Origin: Clostridia bacterium
GTDB taxonomy: Bacteria > Bacillota > Clostridia > TANB77 > CAG-465
Reading direction: 5' to 3'
Length of the DNA: 64,000 bases
NCBI GenBank assembly: GCA_026415435.1
Contig: JAOAHC010000040.1
Location: forward strand, 137,456-201,455
Below, in pieces: positions 1 through 9,598 of the stretch. Made by a program: the position numbers and the translations under genes. The notes beneath the pieces are model-generated. The model ran no database searches. It had not been told where the DNA came from and worked only from the letters and a program-made list of their open reading frames with translations. Within the stretch, counting starts at the first letter, position 1. Each line of letters starts with the position of its first letter.

Positions 1-67
1 AATTACTACTTATACTTTTCATAATAACTCTCCTTTAATATGTCAAGCAAATATACTACAGTAAATA

Positions 68-97
68 TTGACACAGATTAATTATTAATGATATAAT
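68..97 (+). promoter_or_regulatory. Sigma-A-like promoter (TTGACA, 18-nt spacer, TATAAT) about 50 nt upstream of the 147..338 ORF
   Basis: Hexamers read directly: ttgaca at 68-73 and tataat at 92-97. An AAAGGTGG RBS lies before the ATG at 147. Confidence 0.35.
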
Positions 98-146
98 GTA
101 CAAAAATGATTTTTACTTTATATAATTATAGAAAGGTGGTATCATT

Positions 147-338
147 ATGTTTAACGACATCGATAAACGAAACCCAACCACAGATATCACTATAGTACCA
201 TTTTCATCTAGTGATCCCATAACAAACGAACTAACTAATCTCCTATCATATTTAGCTTATTATGTTGAATACGCTGATAATTATGAAGATTTAAGCAAGG
301 ATGGTATACTAAATGAGGATAAAAAAGTTGAAGATTAA
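147..338 (+). CDS. Small acidic hypothetical protein (63 aa)
   Basis: ATG start with a good RBS, its own promoter and a downstream terminator hairpin. No recognisable motif. Confidence 0.4.
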   Translation: MFNDIDKRNPTTDITIVPFSSSDPITNELTNLLSYLAYYVEYADNYEDLSKDGILNEDKKVED

Positions 339-343
339 ATATA

Positions 344-377
344 AAAATCCAGTGCATGAATATTGCTACTGGATTTT
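344..377. terminator. Bidirectional rho-independent terminator hairpin between the convergent 147..338 ORF and pgeF
   Basis: Inverted repeat aaaatccagt / actggatttt, followed by a T-run on the plus strand and an A-run upstream. Confidence 0.5.
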
Positions 378-385
378 TATATTTT

Positions 386-1237
386 TTAAATTAATTCTAC
401 TATTGTAGCCATTGTACCATACTGCTCGATTCCTGATTTTCTTGTTCTTCTATATGAAAAAAATTTTTCCTCATTACAAACCGTACATATATTTGAAAGT
501 ATTATATTTTCATCTTGTACACCTATATTCATTAACTCTTTTTTTATAACATACGGAAAATCAACAAAATATTCTCCGTTAGACTTACTAATTATATATT
601 CATCTTCGTAAGGCCACAATTTTAAAAATTCTTCTTTCAACCTAGAATCTGAACTATTCCAACAACACTTATTTATTGAAGGTCCAATACAAACTATCAT
701 ATCAGAATATTTTGAATTAAATCTTTTATTCATAGCTTTTACTGCGTTTAAATAAATTTGTTTAACTGTGCCTCTCCAGCCACTATGTATATTTGATACT
801 ACATTTTTTATAGGATCATATATAATTATTGGATTACAATCAGCTGTAGTGACAAGTGTAGCTATATTTTTTTTATCTGTAATATATCCATCAATCTCAC
901 TTTGATTTTCTTTTTTGTACTCATATTCTGACATATTATCTAAATCTAAAATTAATACTTTATCTGTATGTGTTTGTTTGGCCATATATATATTACTTGG
1001 ATCTATTTTTAATTCACTGCAAATTATATCCAAATTTTTATATATATTTTCTTTTTTATCTCCTGTATTTAGTTTAAAATTAAGCGAACTATGTACTCCT
1101 TCGCTTACCCCACCATTTTTTAATGTACAGCAATGTTTTAGTTTATATTGGTACTTATTTAAAATATTAAATTGTAAATATTCAAGTTCACCGTTTTTTA
1201 TATGAGTTATATCTTTATTTGTAAAATTTACATTCAA
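386..1237 (-). CDS. pgeF: YfiH/PgeF-family laccase-domain protein (purine nucleoside phosphorylase / peptidoglycan editing factor)
   Basis: 283 aa containing TADCNP, HSGWRGT and a C-terminal CxxC...Y.R arrangement typical of the DUF152/YfiH family. Confidence 0.7.
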   Translation of the reverse strand: MNVNFTNKDITHIKNGELEYLQFNILNKYQYKLKHCCTLKNGGVSEGVHSSLNFKLNTGDKKENIYKNLDIICSELKIDPSNIYMAKQTHTDKVLILDLDNMSEYEYKKENQSEIDGYITDKKNIATLVTTADCNPIIIYDPIKNVVSNIHSGWRGTVKQIYLNAVKAMNKRFNSKYSDMIVCIGPSINKCCWNSSDSRLKEEFLKLWPYEDEYIISKSNGEYFVDFPYVIKKELMNIGVQDENIILSNICTVCNEEKFFSYRRTRKSGIEQYGTMATIVELI

Positions 1238-1249
1238 AATAAATACCTC

Positions 1250-4200
1250 CTAGTATACAGATATCTCCTTATTTAATTTTAAAGAATATATATACACTTT
1301 TTCTACTTTTTTATTTGTTAACTTTTCAAGTGCTTTTTTATACACATTTAGTTGTTCTTTATATCTTAAAATATATTCATTTTCTTCAGTAATATTATCT
1401 GTCTTAAAATCTAACAATACTATATTTGAGTTAATATTAATATAGTATAAGTCGATTATGCCTTGGATTATACTATCTGATATAGTTTTATCCTTAAGAA
1501 CAAACTTTGTTTCTTTAAATATATTTTCATCAGGAAGATTTCTTATTTCTTTACCTACATTTGAGTTTATAAAATTATATATACCTTGTACATCAATTTG
1601 TGATATGTCTTCGTGTTGTATATATTTTTTATTAAGCAATAATTGAATATAGTTTTCTACATCTCTTTTTGTATTAATAGTTTTAAAATCTAACTCCTTT
1701 AATATAAAATGCATTAAATTACCTTTTTTAGTAGCGTTATATTTTTTAGAATCTGTACTTAAACTACTAGGAACTTGAAGTTCAATTTTACTTTCTTCCT
1801 TATTTAAACTTTCATTTGCCATCTCTTTTAACTTACTTACACTTACACGAGTCTGTGTTCCAATTTCATCTTCATAAGTATATTTATATTTTATATTTTC
1901 AGTTAAATTTTTATACATTTCTTCTGTTTCTTTGATCATATTTTTGTCATCTTTAAACAAGTTATTTATATATAATATTTTGCTTTCTAAAGTATTTAAT
2001 TTATCATTTTTAACATTAAACATATTAATATCTTCCATGATATGACTGTAAAGCTGCGATTTTTCTTTAACATAAACATGATTTAATTTAAATAACTTTC
2101 TTACATATTCATCTTCAGATTTTTCAAAATAGGTTTTAAGTGCCATAATTATACTTGTAAAATAACTATTATTTTTACTTACTATATTAGCATCTACTTT
2201 ATCATTTTCATACATTAAAAATATATTTTCATACATCTTTTTATAATCATTTACTGTAGAATATATAATTAATTTTTCTTTTGCACGAGTAAGTGCTACA
2301 TAAAGCATTCTTAGCTCTTCAGATTTTACATCATTCATTATACTTGTTTTTATACTTTGCTTTATAACTGTAGGATAAGTAATTTTCATATCTTCATTTA
2401 CATAGTTTATTCCTATACCTAATTTGCTATCTAAAACTACATCTGTCCTAATATCCATATAATTATATTTACTGCTGGTATCTGCTAATATAACTACTGG
2501 AAATTCTAGGCCTTTAGATTTATGTATTGTCATTATTCTTACTACATTTTCATTTTCTCCAATAATTTTAGCAACAGATGTATCCGTTGTAGCTTTAGAT
2601 TTTAATTTATCAATATATGTAACATATGAATATATTGATCCACCACTTTGTTTTTCAAATTTGACTGCAAAATCAATAAGCATATCCAAATTCGCCTTAC
2701 ATTGCATCTCATTTTTCATCAAACTAAATTGGTTATATATACCTGTTTCTTTATATATTCTAGTTATAAGTTCTGAAATAGGATATCTTTTTGAATATTC
2801 TCTAAATCTTTGAATTAATAGTAGGAAGATATTTATTTTTTCAATAAATTCAAGCTTATCATCATTACTTGAAATAAGTAATGCATTATATAAATAATCA
2901 TTTTTAGCATATTCATGAATTATTGTAAGTTCATCTAAATTAAATTTGCCTATTATGCTGTACATTACAGATACAAGTTCGATATCTTGATATGGATTAT
3001 CTAATACTTTTAACATAGATATTACAAGTTTTATATCGTCACTATCAAATAGATTTGAACCCGCATCACAAAAAACAGGAATAAGATATTGCTTTAAGAT
3101 ATTATTTAATATATTTCCTTTATCCCTAATACTTCTCAGTAATATTATTATATCTTTGTATTTGATATCTCTAAAATTATTTCCATCAAACACTTTAAAT
3201 TTTTCAACATTAACTAATTCATTTATACGTTTTGCAATATATATAGATTCTATTTCAAATTTTTTAAGATCTTCTATATACTCTTTTGTAATATTAGACT
3301 CAGTTTGTAAAACATTATCATCAGCATATTCAGTGCTTTCATCTATTTCAACCTCTTTTAGGTCTAAAATATTTACTTCAGAAGAATAATCCTGATCCTC
3401 ACATTCTAAATACTTCTCTGCACCAAATATAAGTTTTTCGTTTTCAGAGTAATTTATTCCACCAAGTTTTTCACTCATTATTTGTGAAAAAATATAATTT
3501 ATGCTATCTACAACATTTTTTCTACTTCTGAAATTTTTAGCAAGTATTATCTTATATTTTTTAGAAATTTCTTCATCAAAATTATATTCATCATCAATTT
3601 CATTCAAACTTTCATATTCATTGTATTTACTACTAAATATCTCAGGCATAGCTTGTCTAAATCTGTATATACTTTGTTTTATATCTCCCACCATAAATCT
3701 ATTTTTAGAACCTGATACAGCTTCTAAAATGGTTTCTTGAATATAACTTGTATCTTGATATTCATCAGTATATACTTCAACAAATTTTTCTTGCATACTA
3801 AGTGCTACATCAGTTTGTTTTGAATCACTTATTAGTAATTTTAGTGCTAAATGTTCAATATCATTAAAATCAATTACATTTGCTTGTTTTTTCAAAATTG
3901 AATATTCACTATCAAATTTTTCTAAAAACTCGTAGAAATATTTTAAATATTTATAGGTTACTTTTAGTTCAATTAAAATATCTTTACTAATAGTGTATAC
4001 ATTGATTTTTATAGAATTTATTGTCTTTTTTATATATTCATCTCTAAATTTCTTTATATCTTCTTTAAGACTTTCGTTTTGAACTTTTATTCTAGGGAAA
4101 ATTGAAAATTTAACTAAACTTAAATTTTCAAAAAGTTCGTCCCAAGAATTTCTACTGCATTTTATGCATCTTTCCACCATTTCTAGATCTTCTTCTAACA

Positions 4201-4969
4201 TTTGAATACACTTTAAAAAATCTTCATCTTCCTTAGATTTAATATGTACAATGAAATTCTTTATTCTCTCGTATAGTATTCTTAGTTCACTAATAGAATT
4301 ATCATATATTTGCTTACCAAAATCAAAATTACATAAATCTAATCTTTCATTTTCAATATTATATTTTTCAATTTGAGATTTTAACCAACTAAAAGGATAA
4401 GGAAAACTTTGAATATATGAATATATTTTAAACATTGTATTAGTAAACTCTTCATCTTTTCCATTAAATAATTCTAGTATATTGTACAGAGCGTTAGATA
4501 TGTTTTCATTTAAATCTTCTTTTGAATTAACATACTCAGATTCTAAAATCTGACTCATAGCAGTATTTTTAAAAATATTACTTTGAACCTCATCACATAT
4601 TTTAATATTTGGATCTAGATCAAGTAAATAGAAATTTGAACGTATAAGTTCTAAACAAAAAGCATGAATAGTCATTATGCTCGCCCTATTTATATTAATA
4701 AGTTGCTTTTTTAAAAATATATTAGTCCTATCTTTTTGTATAGCTTTATATATTGCACTCAGCAATCTTTCTTTTAATTCAGAAGCAGCAGCATTTGTAA
4801 AAGTAACTACTAAAATTCTATCAATATCTACTCCTTCATTTATTATTTTATTTATAATTCGCTCTACCAAAACAGCAGTTTTTCCGCTCCCTGCGGAAGC
4901 GGAAACTAAAATATTACCATTTTTCTTTTTTATTGCAAGTTGTTGTTCATTTGTCCACATATATTTCAC
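1250..4969 (-). CDS. addA: ATP-dependent helicase/nuclease subunit A (AddA)
   Basis: 1239 aa. N-terminal UvrD-type helicase with Walker A SASAGSGKTAVL, and a C-terminal RecB-family nuclease motif GIIDLYY...LLDFKTD. Length matches Bacillus AddA. Confidence 0.8.
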   Translation of the reverse strand: MKYMWTNEQQLAIKKKNGNILVSASAGSGKTAVLVERIINKIINEGVDIDRILVVTFTNAAASELKERLLSAIYKAIQKDRTNIFLKKQLININRASIMTIHAFCLELIRSNFYLLDLDPNIKICDEVQSNIFKNTAMSQILESEYVNSKEDLNENISNALYNILELFNGKDEEFTNTMFKIYSYIQSFPYPFSWLKSQIEKYNIENERLDLCNFDFGKQIYDNSISELRILYERIKNFIVHIKSKEDEDFLKCIQMLEEDLEMVERCIKCSRNSWDELFENLSLVKFSIFPRIKVQNESLKEDIKKFRDEYIKKTINSIKINVYTISKDILIELKVTYKYLKYFYEFLEKFDSEYSILKKQANVIDFNDIEHLALKLLISDSKQTDVALSMQEKFVEVYTDEYQDTSYIQETILEAVSGSKNRFMVGDIKQSIYRFRQAMPEIFSSKYNEYESLNEIDDEYNFDEEISKKYKIILAKNFRSRKNVVDSINYIFSQIMSEKLGGINYSENEKLIFGAEKYLECEDQDYSSEVNILDLKEVEIDESTEYADDNVLQTESNITKEYIEDLKKFEIESIYIAKRINELVNVEKFKVFDGNNFRDIKYKDIIILLRSIRDKGNILNNILKQYLIPVFCDAGSNLFDSDDIKLVISMLKVLDNPYQDIELVSVMYSIIGKFNLDELTIIHEYAKNDYLYNALLISSNDDKLEFIEKINIFLLLIQRFREYSKRYPISELITRIYKETGIYNQFSLMKNEMQCKANLDMLIDFAVKFEKQSGGSIYSYVTYIDKLKSKATTDTSVAKIIGENENVVRIMTIHKSKGLEFPVVILADTSSKYNYMDIRTDVVLDSKLGIGINYVNEDMKITYPTVIKQSIKTSIMNDVKSEELRMLYVALTRAKEKLIIYSTVNDYKKMYENIFLMYENDKVDANIVSKNNSYFTSIIMALKTYFEKSEDEYVRKLFKLNHVYVKEKSQLYSHIMEDINMFNVKNDKLNTLESKILYINNLFKDDKNMIKETEEMYKNLTENIKYKYTYEDEIGTQTRVSVSKLKEMANESLNKEESKIELQVPSSLSTDSKKYNATKKGNLMHFILKELDFKTINTKRDVENYIQLLLNKKYIQHEDISQIDVQGIYNFINSNVGKEIRNLPDENIFKETKFVLKDKTISDSIIQGIIDLYYININSNIVLLDFKTDNITEENEYILRYKEQLNVYKKALEKLTNKKVEKVYIYSLKLNKEISVY

Positions 4970-4977
4970 CTGCCATA

Positions 4978-7641
4978 TTATAAAGTTTCACCTACTACTA
5001 AAACCGGTCTAAAACTTAAATAGTTAAATGCTGCTCCTGATGAAGCTCCAAAAGTAAATATTCCCGATGCACTAGTTAGATCGTATCCTCCACCTCTTAT
5101 GAAGAATGGAGTATTTGTATATGGTATTGTAGTTTGATCTAAATACCAAGCTGAATCACTTGCAGATCCGTCCTGAGAAGTTTCATAAATAGCGTCTCCT
5201 TTTTTATTTATAGTACCAACATAATTATTTGTATAGTCATCAGTTGTACCTTTATCATAAATATCCTTGTACTTTACATCCGCATTTACAAGATTACTAC
5301 CGTTATTATTTAAATTTGCATTTTGATTATTTATATATGCTGCTGTACACTCCCATGCACCACCACTCATATCATATATTCCATATATATTTCCAGTAGT
5401 AGAAGCATTTATTCCATTTGTTACATCTGTATATGCATAAGTAGTAATGGTGGAAGATGCACTTACAGTAGTACCCGCATTACCTGTTAAATAGTTACTG
5501 TTTGGATTTATCCACACTTCAGCATTTTTACCATATTTACTTTGAGCAAGATAACTTACAGCTCCCCATTCTGTATTCTTCATAAGATGGGTATCTATTC
5601 CTTGACCAGTAGTTCCCCAGCCATACTTGTTATTTGTTTCCATATTTCTACTTGCTGTAAACATTTGAGAAACACTTAAATTTCTTAGTGAACTCACACC
5701 TGGTTTTATATCTAAAGAATCTACAGTTCCACTTACTTCAAACTTTGCTACCCAAATACCAGTAAGTTCTACACTACCAAATTTGAATGCTGGATGTGAT
5801 GTCCATTTATTATTTGATGCATTAGAAGAAGTTCCTACATCTATACTTGAAATAATACTACTATTCCAATTATCATTAGTTCCTTGACTAAATTGCACGT
5901 CTACAACTCCACCTTGTGAAGAATTAGTATGCCACAAACTTGAAATCTTATATATATATCTTGGTATCCAAACCCACATCGATCCATCGGCACTTTGTGC
6001 GTTTGCCCATACTTTATTTTTATAATCATACCATGAAGTATCTGTACTTGGACTTGCTACAGTATCCCAAGCACTTGTAGTTGTGTTCCACTTCTTAGCC
6101 GTAAGACCAGAAACTAATACTGGTGTATTTGAAACTTCATAATCACTTAGATTTTCATTTATTACGAAGATTTTTGTCTCTATCTTTCTTAGTGCAACTG
6201 TACTATTATTATCTGTAACCTCGATTTTATAGTATATTTTACTAGCGTTTACATTATCATAATTTATCTGTCTTGATGTTGTAAGAGAATCTGAATTTAC
6301 AGAAATTATTTGTTCATTTATGTATGTTAAACCATCTAAACTATATGATGATTTTATTTGACTTACTCCTCTTGTACTATATACATTAGTAGTTGAATTA
6401 AATTTTTCTTTTGTTGCACTATTTATGATATTTGATATATTAATAATAGGCTGTACACGAACTCCTTGTAAAATATAGTTGCCTGCCTTGTCAAATACCG
6501 CAATAGAAACCTGATTTACGTTTTTAGGAATGTTAATACTTACAGTATTTGATTCTATATTCTTTAAAACTTTACTTTTTTGTTTCATATATTCAATATC
6601 AAAACTGCTAATATCTTTATAGTAGTTTTGTTCTGTACCATTATCATCTATTCTAGTTAGATAATCATATCTTATCTGATTTACACCACTAGCATTATCA
6701 GCAATATCAAATGTTACAACATTCATATTTGTGTAGCTAGAAGTTAATATATTTGTAACATCTGGATGAGTAAGATCAAGTTTAGTTAGATCTATCCTTA
6801 CCTTACCAATATCACTACTATCTTTTTTCTTTATTATATCCATATACTTTTTATTTTCTAATATATCTGTTATAGCAAATGTAGCAGTATCAGTTAAAAT
6901 ACTATTTGGTGCAAATAAATCAGTTACATTAAAACTTTTTTCATATTCTCCACTTGATGTAATCATTTGTTTTTGAACACCATCAGATATAGATATATAC
7001 ATTGTTTCGTTTGAATCCAAAGTAGTTTTTACTATAAGTGACATTTTACTTGTCCAATCTTTTTGTTTTGTTACATTAATGCCTGAAGAAGAAATGACTT
7101 CGGTTTGTGAACCATCAGGTATACCAAGATTTTGATCTACTTTAACAATATTAGATATTTTAGGACTTATTGAAAAGTATACTGTTGATTTTGCATAAAA
7201 TCCTTTTAGATAATATACGTTCATAGATGGATATGCAATAACAAAAACATCATCTTGACCATCTGTGCCCCTACCGTAAGAAGTACTTTGTACATTTATT
7301 TTACTTAAATCTATTTTGTAATATTCATTCACACTACCATCATTGTTTTGATCAACTTCTGATAAAAATTCACTTTCTACATTATCAGCAACTAATCCAA
7401 TGACTTGATTTTTTGTAAGTGGTTCACTATTTTCATCTGATGTTGGAAACTTTCCATTTGAAATATAGTAAGCTTCACTTGCATCCTCCACTTGTTTTAT
7501 ACTCTCCGCCATTTTAGTTATTGTAGCGTTATCAATAGAATTCTTAGTTGAAATTACCGTTACTGATATTAGTATTAAAGCTACAACTATTGTTATCATT
7601 AGAACTATAAATGAGATACCTTTTTTATTCATAATTTTCAT
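4978..7641 (-). CDS. Large secreted/surface protein: pilin-like N-terminal signal-anchor (MKIMNKKG-ISFIVLMITIVVALIL) + Ig-like region + C-terminal FGE-sulfatase-like (SUMF1-fold) domain
   Basis: 887 aa. The N-terminus resembles a class III (prepilin) signal but lacks Glu+5. The C-terminal region carries GIWVAKFEV, THLMKNTEWGAVSYLAQSKYG (compare RLPTEAEWEYAARGG) and NIYGIYDMSGGAWEC (compare GLYDMSGNVWEW). It is paralogous to the 7673..8947 and 41547..46229 products. Confidence 0.5.
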   Translation of the reverse strand: MKIMNKKGISFIVLMITIVVALILISVTVISTKNSIDNATITKMAESIKQVEDASEAYYISNGKFPTSDENSEPLTKNQVIGLVADNVESEFLSEVDQNNDGSVNEYYKIDLSKINVQSTSYGRGTDGQDDVFVIAYPSMNVYYLKGFYAKSTVYFSISPKISNIVKVDQNLGIPDGSQTEVISSSGINVTKQKDWTSKMSLIVKTTLDSNETMYISISDGVQKQMITSSGEYEKSFNVTDLFAPNSILTDTATFAITDILENKKYMDIIKKKDSSDIGKVRIDLTKLDLTHPDVTNILTSSYTNMNVVTFDIADNASGVNQIRYDYLTRIDDNGTEQNYYKDISSFDIEYMKQKSKVLKNIESNTVSINIPKNVNQVSIAVFDKAGNYILQGVRVQPIINISNIINSATKEKFNSTTNVYSTRGVSQIKSSYSLDGLTYINEQIISVNSDSLTTSRQINYDNVNASKIYYKIEVTDNNSTVALRKIETKIFVINENLSDYEVSNTPVLVSGLTAKKWNTTTSAWDTVASPSTDTSWYDYKNKVWANAQSADGSMWVWIPRYIYKISSLWHTNSSQGGVVDVQFSQGTNDNWNSSIISSIDVGTSSNASNNKWTSHPAFKFGSVELTGIWVAKFEVSGTVDSLDIKPGVSSLRNLSVSQMFTASRNMETNNKYGWGTTGQGIDTHLMKNTEWGAVSYLAQSKYGKNAEVWINPNSNYLTGNAGTTVSASSTITTYAYTDVTNGINASTTGNIYGIYDMSGGAWECTAAYINNQNANLNNNGSNLVNADVKYKDIYDKGTTDDYTNNYVGTINKKGDAIYETSQDGSASDSAWYLDQTTIPYTNTPFFIRGGGYDLTSASGIFTFGASSGAAFNYLSFRPVLVVGETL

Positions 7642-7672
7642 CCTTTTCCTAAATCATCTTTTGATTATTTTC

Positions 7673-8947
7673 TTAATACACCTCAAAACCATCTATTTTT
7701 GTCCAGTTTCCGGAATTATCACTTATTAATACAGAAATACTTTTTATATTTTTAGGTAAATCTATACTATATACACCTTCGGAAATATAACTTGCAACTT
7801 TCCCATACTCGTTTAAATATTCTTTATCCAAACTAGATACATTATTATAGTATGGTAATTCTCCCGAACCAGATTCGTTTGATTTAGTTAAATAATCATA
7901 CTTAATACTTTTTATATTACTGCTATCATCCGAAACTATAAATTTTACTGTGTTTTTATCACTACTACTAACAATATCAGAATCACTTAAAACTGGAGGA
8001 GTATTATCATAGTTTACCAAATCAGATTTTATAGTCTGTTTAGTTATCCCACCATTTTTTATAATTATGGTAATATATCTTTTTGTGTATTCTACATTAT
8101 TAAATGCAGCAATTTCTTCACTAGTAAATGGAGAAATAAGTATATCATTTCCTTGACTATCTTTATTATCACTAAGTAAACTAGACAAATTGAAATTTCT
8201 TATATTATTTCCTTCTTGCATACCAAATACTTCTTTTTCTGTCTGCACACCACTAAGCATTATATATACTTTCTCTGAAGAAACCAAACTTGCTTCAAAC
8301 TTAATAGGCATAGTATTTGTCCAACTATTAGCCAATTTTAAAATTGACAAATTGGCAGTTTTGTTTTGTATATTTTGATTATTTTCTATCTTTACACTTT
8401 GAGCTATATTTAACTTATTACTAAGTGAAAAATACACATTATTTTGTACGTTTAATCCCAATAAATAGTATACTTTCATAGATGGATATGATACTACATA
8501 TACATCATTTTGTCCTAGTGTTTTTGCACCTGCAACAGTAGTTTTAATATTAATTTTACCTAAATCTATTTCATAAAAAGTTCCTAAATTTGAATCATCA
8601 TAATAATCTCCATTTGAAGATAACTCATAAATAAAATTATTTCTATATCTTGAATCAACCATATTTGTAACTTGCGATTGATTTAAACTACTACTTGATG
8701 AATCAGGAACAGGAAAAGTACCATGATTTATATAAAATTCGTTAGTTAAATCTTGTATTTTTGAAAGATCCGTAGCAAAACTTGTTAAAGTAGCTTGGGC
8801 TATACTTGATCTTGTTTGAATTATAGCTGCTGTTATGAGGATAATTGCAGCTATTATTGTAATTATTAAAACTACAAGTGAAACTCCTTTTTTTGAGTTT
8901 TTGATGTTTATATTAAAATCTATATATCTAAAATTAACTATTCTCAC
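7673..8947 (-). CDS. Pilin-like N-terminal signal-anchor protein, a shorter paralog of the 887-aa protein (shared N-terminal and Ig-like regions, no FGE domain)
   Basis: 424 aa, GTG start with an AAGGTGA RBS. KKG-VSLVVLIITII hydrophobic segment. The YEIDLGKINIKTT...GQNDVYVVSYPSMKVYYL and IKYDYLTK...DLPKNIKSISVLISDNSGN blocks align with the 887-aa protein. Confidence 0.5.
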   Translation of the reverse strand: MRIVNFRYIDFNINIKNSKKGVSLVVLIITIIAAIILITAAIIQTRSSIAQATLTSFATDLSKIQDLTNEFYINHGTFPVPDSSSSSLNQSQVTNMVDSRYRNNFIYELSSNGDYYDDSNLGTFYEIDLGKINIKTTVAGAKTLGQNDVYVVSYPSMKVYYLLGLNVQNNVYFSLSNKLNIAQSVKIENNQNIQNKTANLSILKLANSWTNTMPIKFEASLVSSEKVYIMLSGVQTEKEVFGMQEGNNIRNFNLSSLLSDNKDSQGNDILISPFTSEEIAAFNNVEYTKRYITIIIKNGGITKQTIKSDLVNYDNTPPVLSDSDIVSSSDKNTVKFIVSDDSSNIKSIKYDYLTKSNESGSGELPYYNNVSSLDKEYLNEYGKVASYISEGVYSIDLPKNIKSISVLISDNSGNWTKIDGFEVY

Positions 8948-8966
8948 TTGCTTTCACCTTACGTAT

Positions 8967-8995
8967 ATTTTACATATTTTAATAACTTTTTTCAA
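8967..8995 (-). promoter_or_regulatory. Candidate sigma-A promoter for the 424aa-887aa-addA-pgeF gene string (TTGAAA, 17 nt, TAAAAT on the minus strand)
   Basis: Minus-strand hexamers at 8990-8995 (-35) and 8967-8972 (-10), about 20 nt upstream of the GTG start. Confidence 0.3.
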
Positions 8996-9051
8996 CCTTT
9001 TTTTATAATATTATTTAATTTTATTAATATTTGCCATATTTAAATAATTAA

Positions 9052-9080
9052 TTGATATTTCAGATATATTTTGATATAAT
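9052..9080 (+). promoter_or_regulatory. Candidate sigma-A promoter for tsaE-tsaB-rimI (TTGATA, 17 nt, TATAAT)
   Basis: ttgata at 9052-9057 and tataat at 9075-9080. A GGTGA RBS precedes the TTG start at 9098. Confidence 0.3.
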
Positions 9081-9097
9081 TAATACGGTGAATAAAA

Positions 9098-9598
9098 TTG
9101 CAACAAATAAAAGAAGTTTTAAATCAATTCTTGTTAAATAATACTCAAGAAAATGTAGATCTTGTATCACATAATACAAATGATACAATTAATATAGCTA
9201 AATCAATAGCTGAAATTCTAAATGATAACATATATACCATATCGCTTGATGGTGAACTTGGAGCTGGAAAAACTGTATTTGTAACAGGTTTTGCTGAATA
9301 TTATAATATTCAAAATGATATTTCAAGTCCTACTTTTACTATTGTAAATGAGTATTATGTAAATTTAAATAATAAAAAAATAAATATATATCACTTTGAT
9401 GTGTATAGAATACAAAACGAAACTGATTTTTTAGAAAGTATTGGAGACGAATATTTTTCAAATGGTATTTGTATCGTTGAATGGGGTAAAAACATACAAA
9501 AAATACTTCCAGTTAACACTTTGTTTATTACAATAAAAAAAGATGAAAATGATGAAAATATAAGATATATAAATATTAGTAGGAGGACACAAAAATGA
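9098..9598 (+). CDS. tsaE: tRNA threonylcarbamoyladenosine biosynthesis protein TsaE (YjeE)
   Basis: 166 aa with a TTG start. LDGELGAGKTVFVTGF P-loop, and SPTFTIVNEY typical of TsaE. Confidence 0.75.
   Translation: MQQIKEVLNQFLLNNTQENVDLVSHNTNDTINIAKSIAEILNDNIYTISLDGELGAGKTVFVTGFAEYYNIQNDISSPTFTIVNEYYVNLNNKKINIYHFDVYRIQNETDFLESIGDEYFSNGICIVEWGKNIQKILPVNTLFITIKKDENDENIRYINISRRTQK

Noticed and set aside
915-1205. Plus-strand track ORFs nested antisense inside long minus-strand genes. Examples: 915..1205, 1458..1646, 3156..3389, 3501..3740, 4677..5012, 8190..8378, 12798..13064, 15048..15341, 18091..18483, 21597..21938, 22104..22679, 25083..25565, 39774..40223, 43049..45489 group, 53131..53943, 58399..58956, 59337..59798.
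   Set aside because: They have low-complexity Ile/Leu/Phe/Ser-rich translations typical of antisense reading of AT-rich coding DNA. They lack RBSs. They fully overlap genes with strong homology signatures.
4978-7641. Possibility that the 887-aa gene upstream of addA is a divergent addB.
   Set aside because: It has no Walker A, no C-terminal RecB nuclease or Fe-S cysteine cluster. Instead it has a hydrophobic N-terminal anchor and an FGE-like domain.
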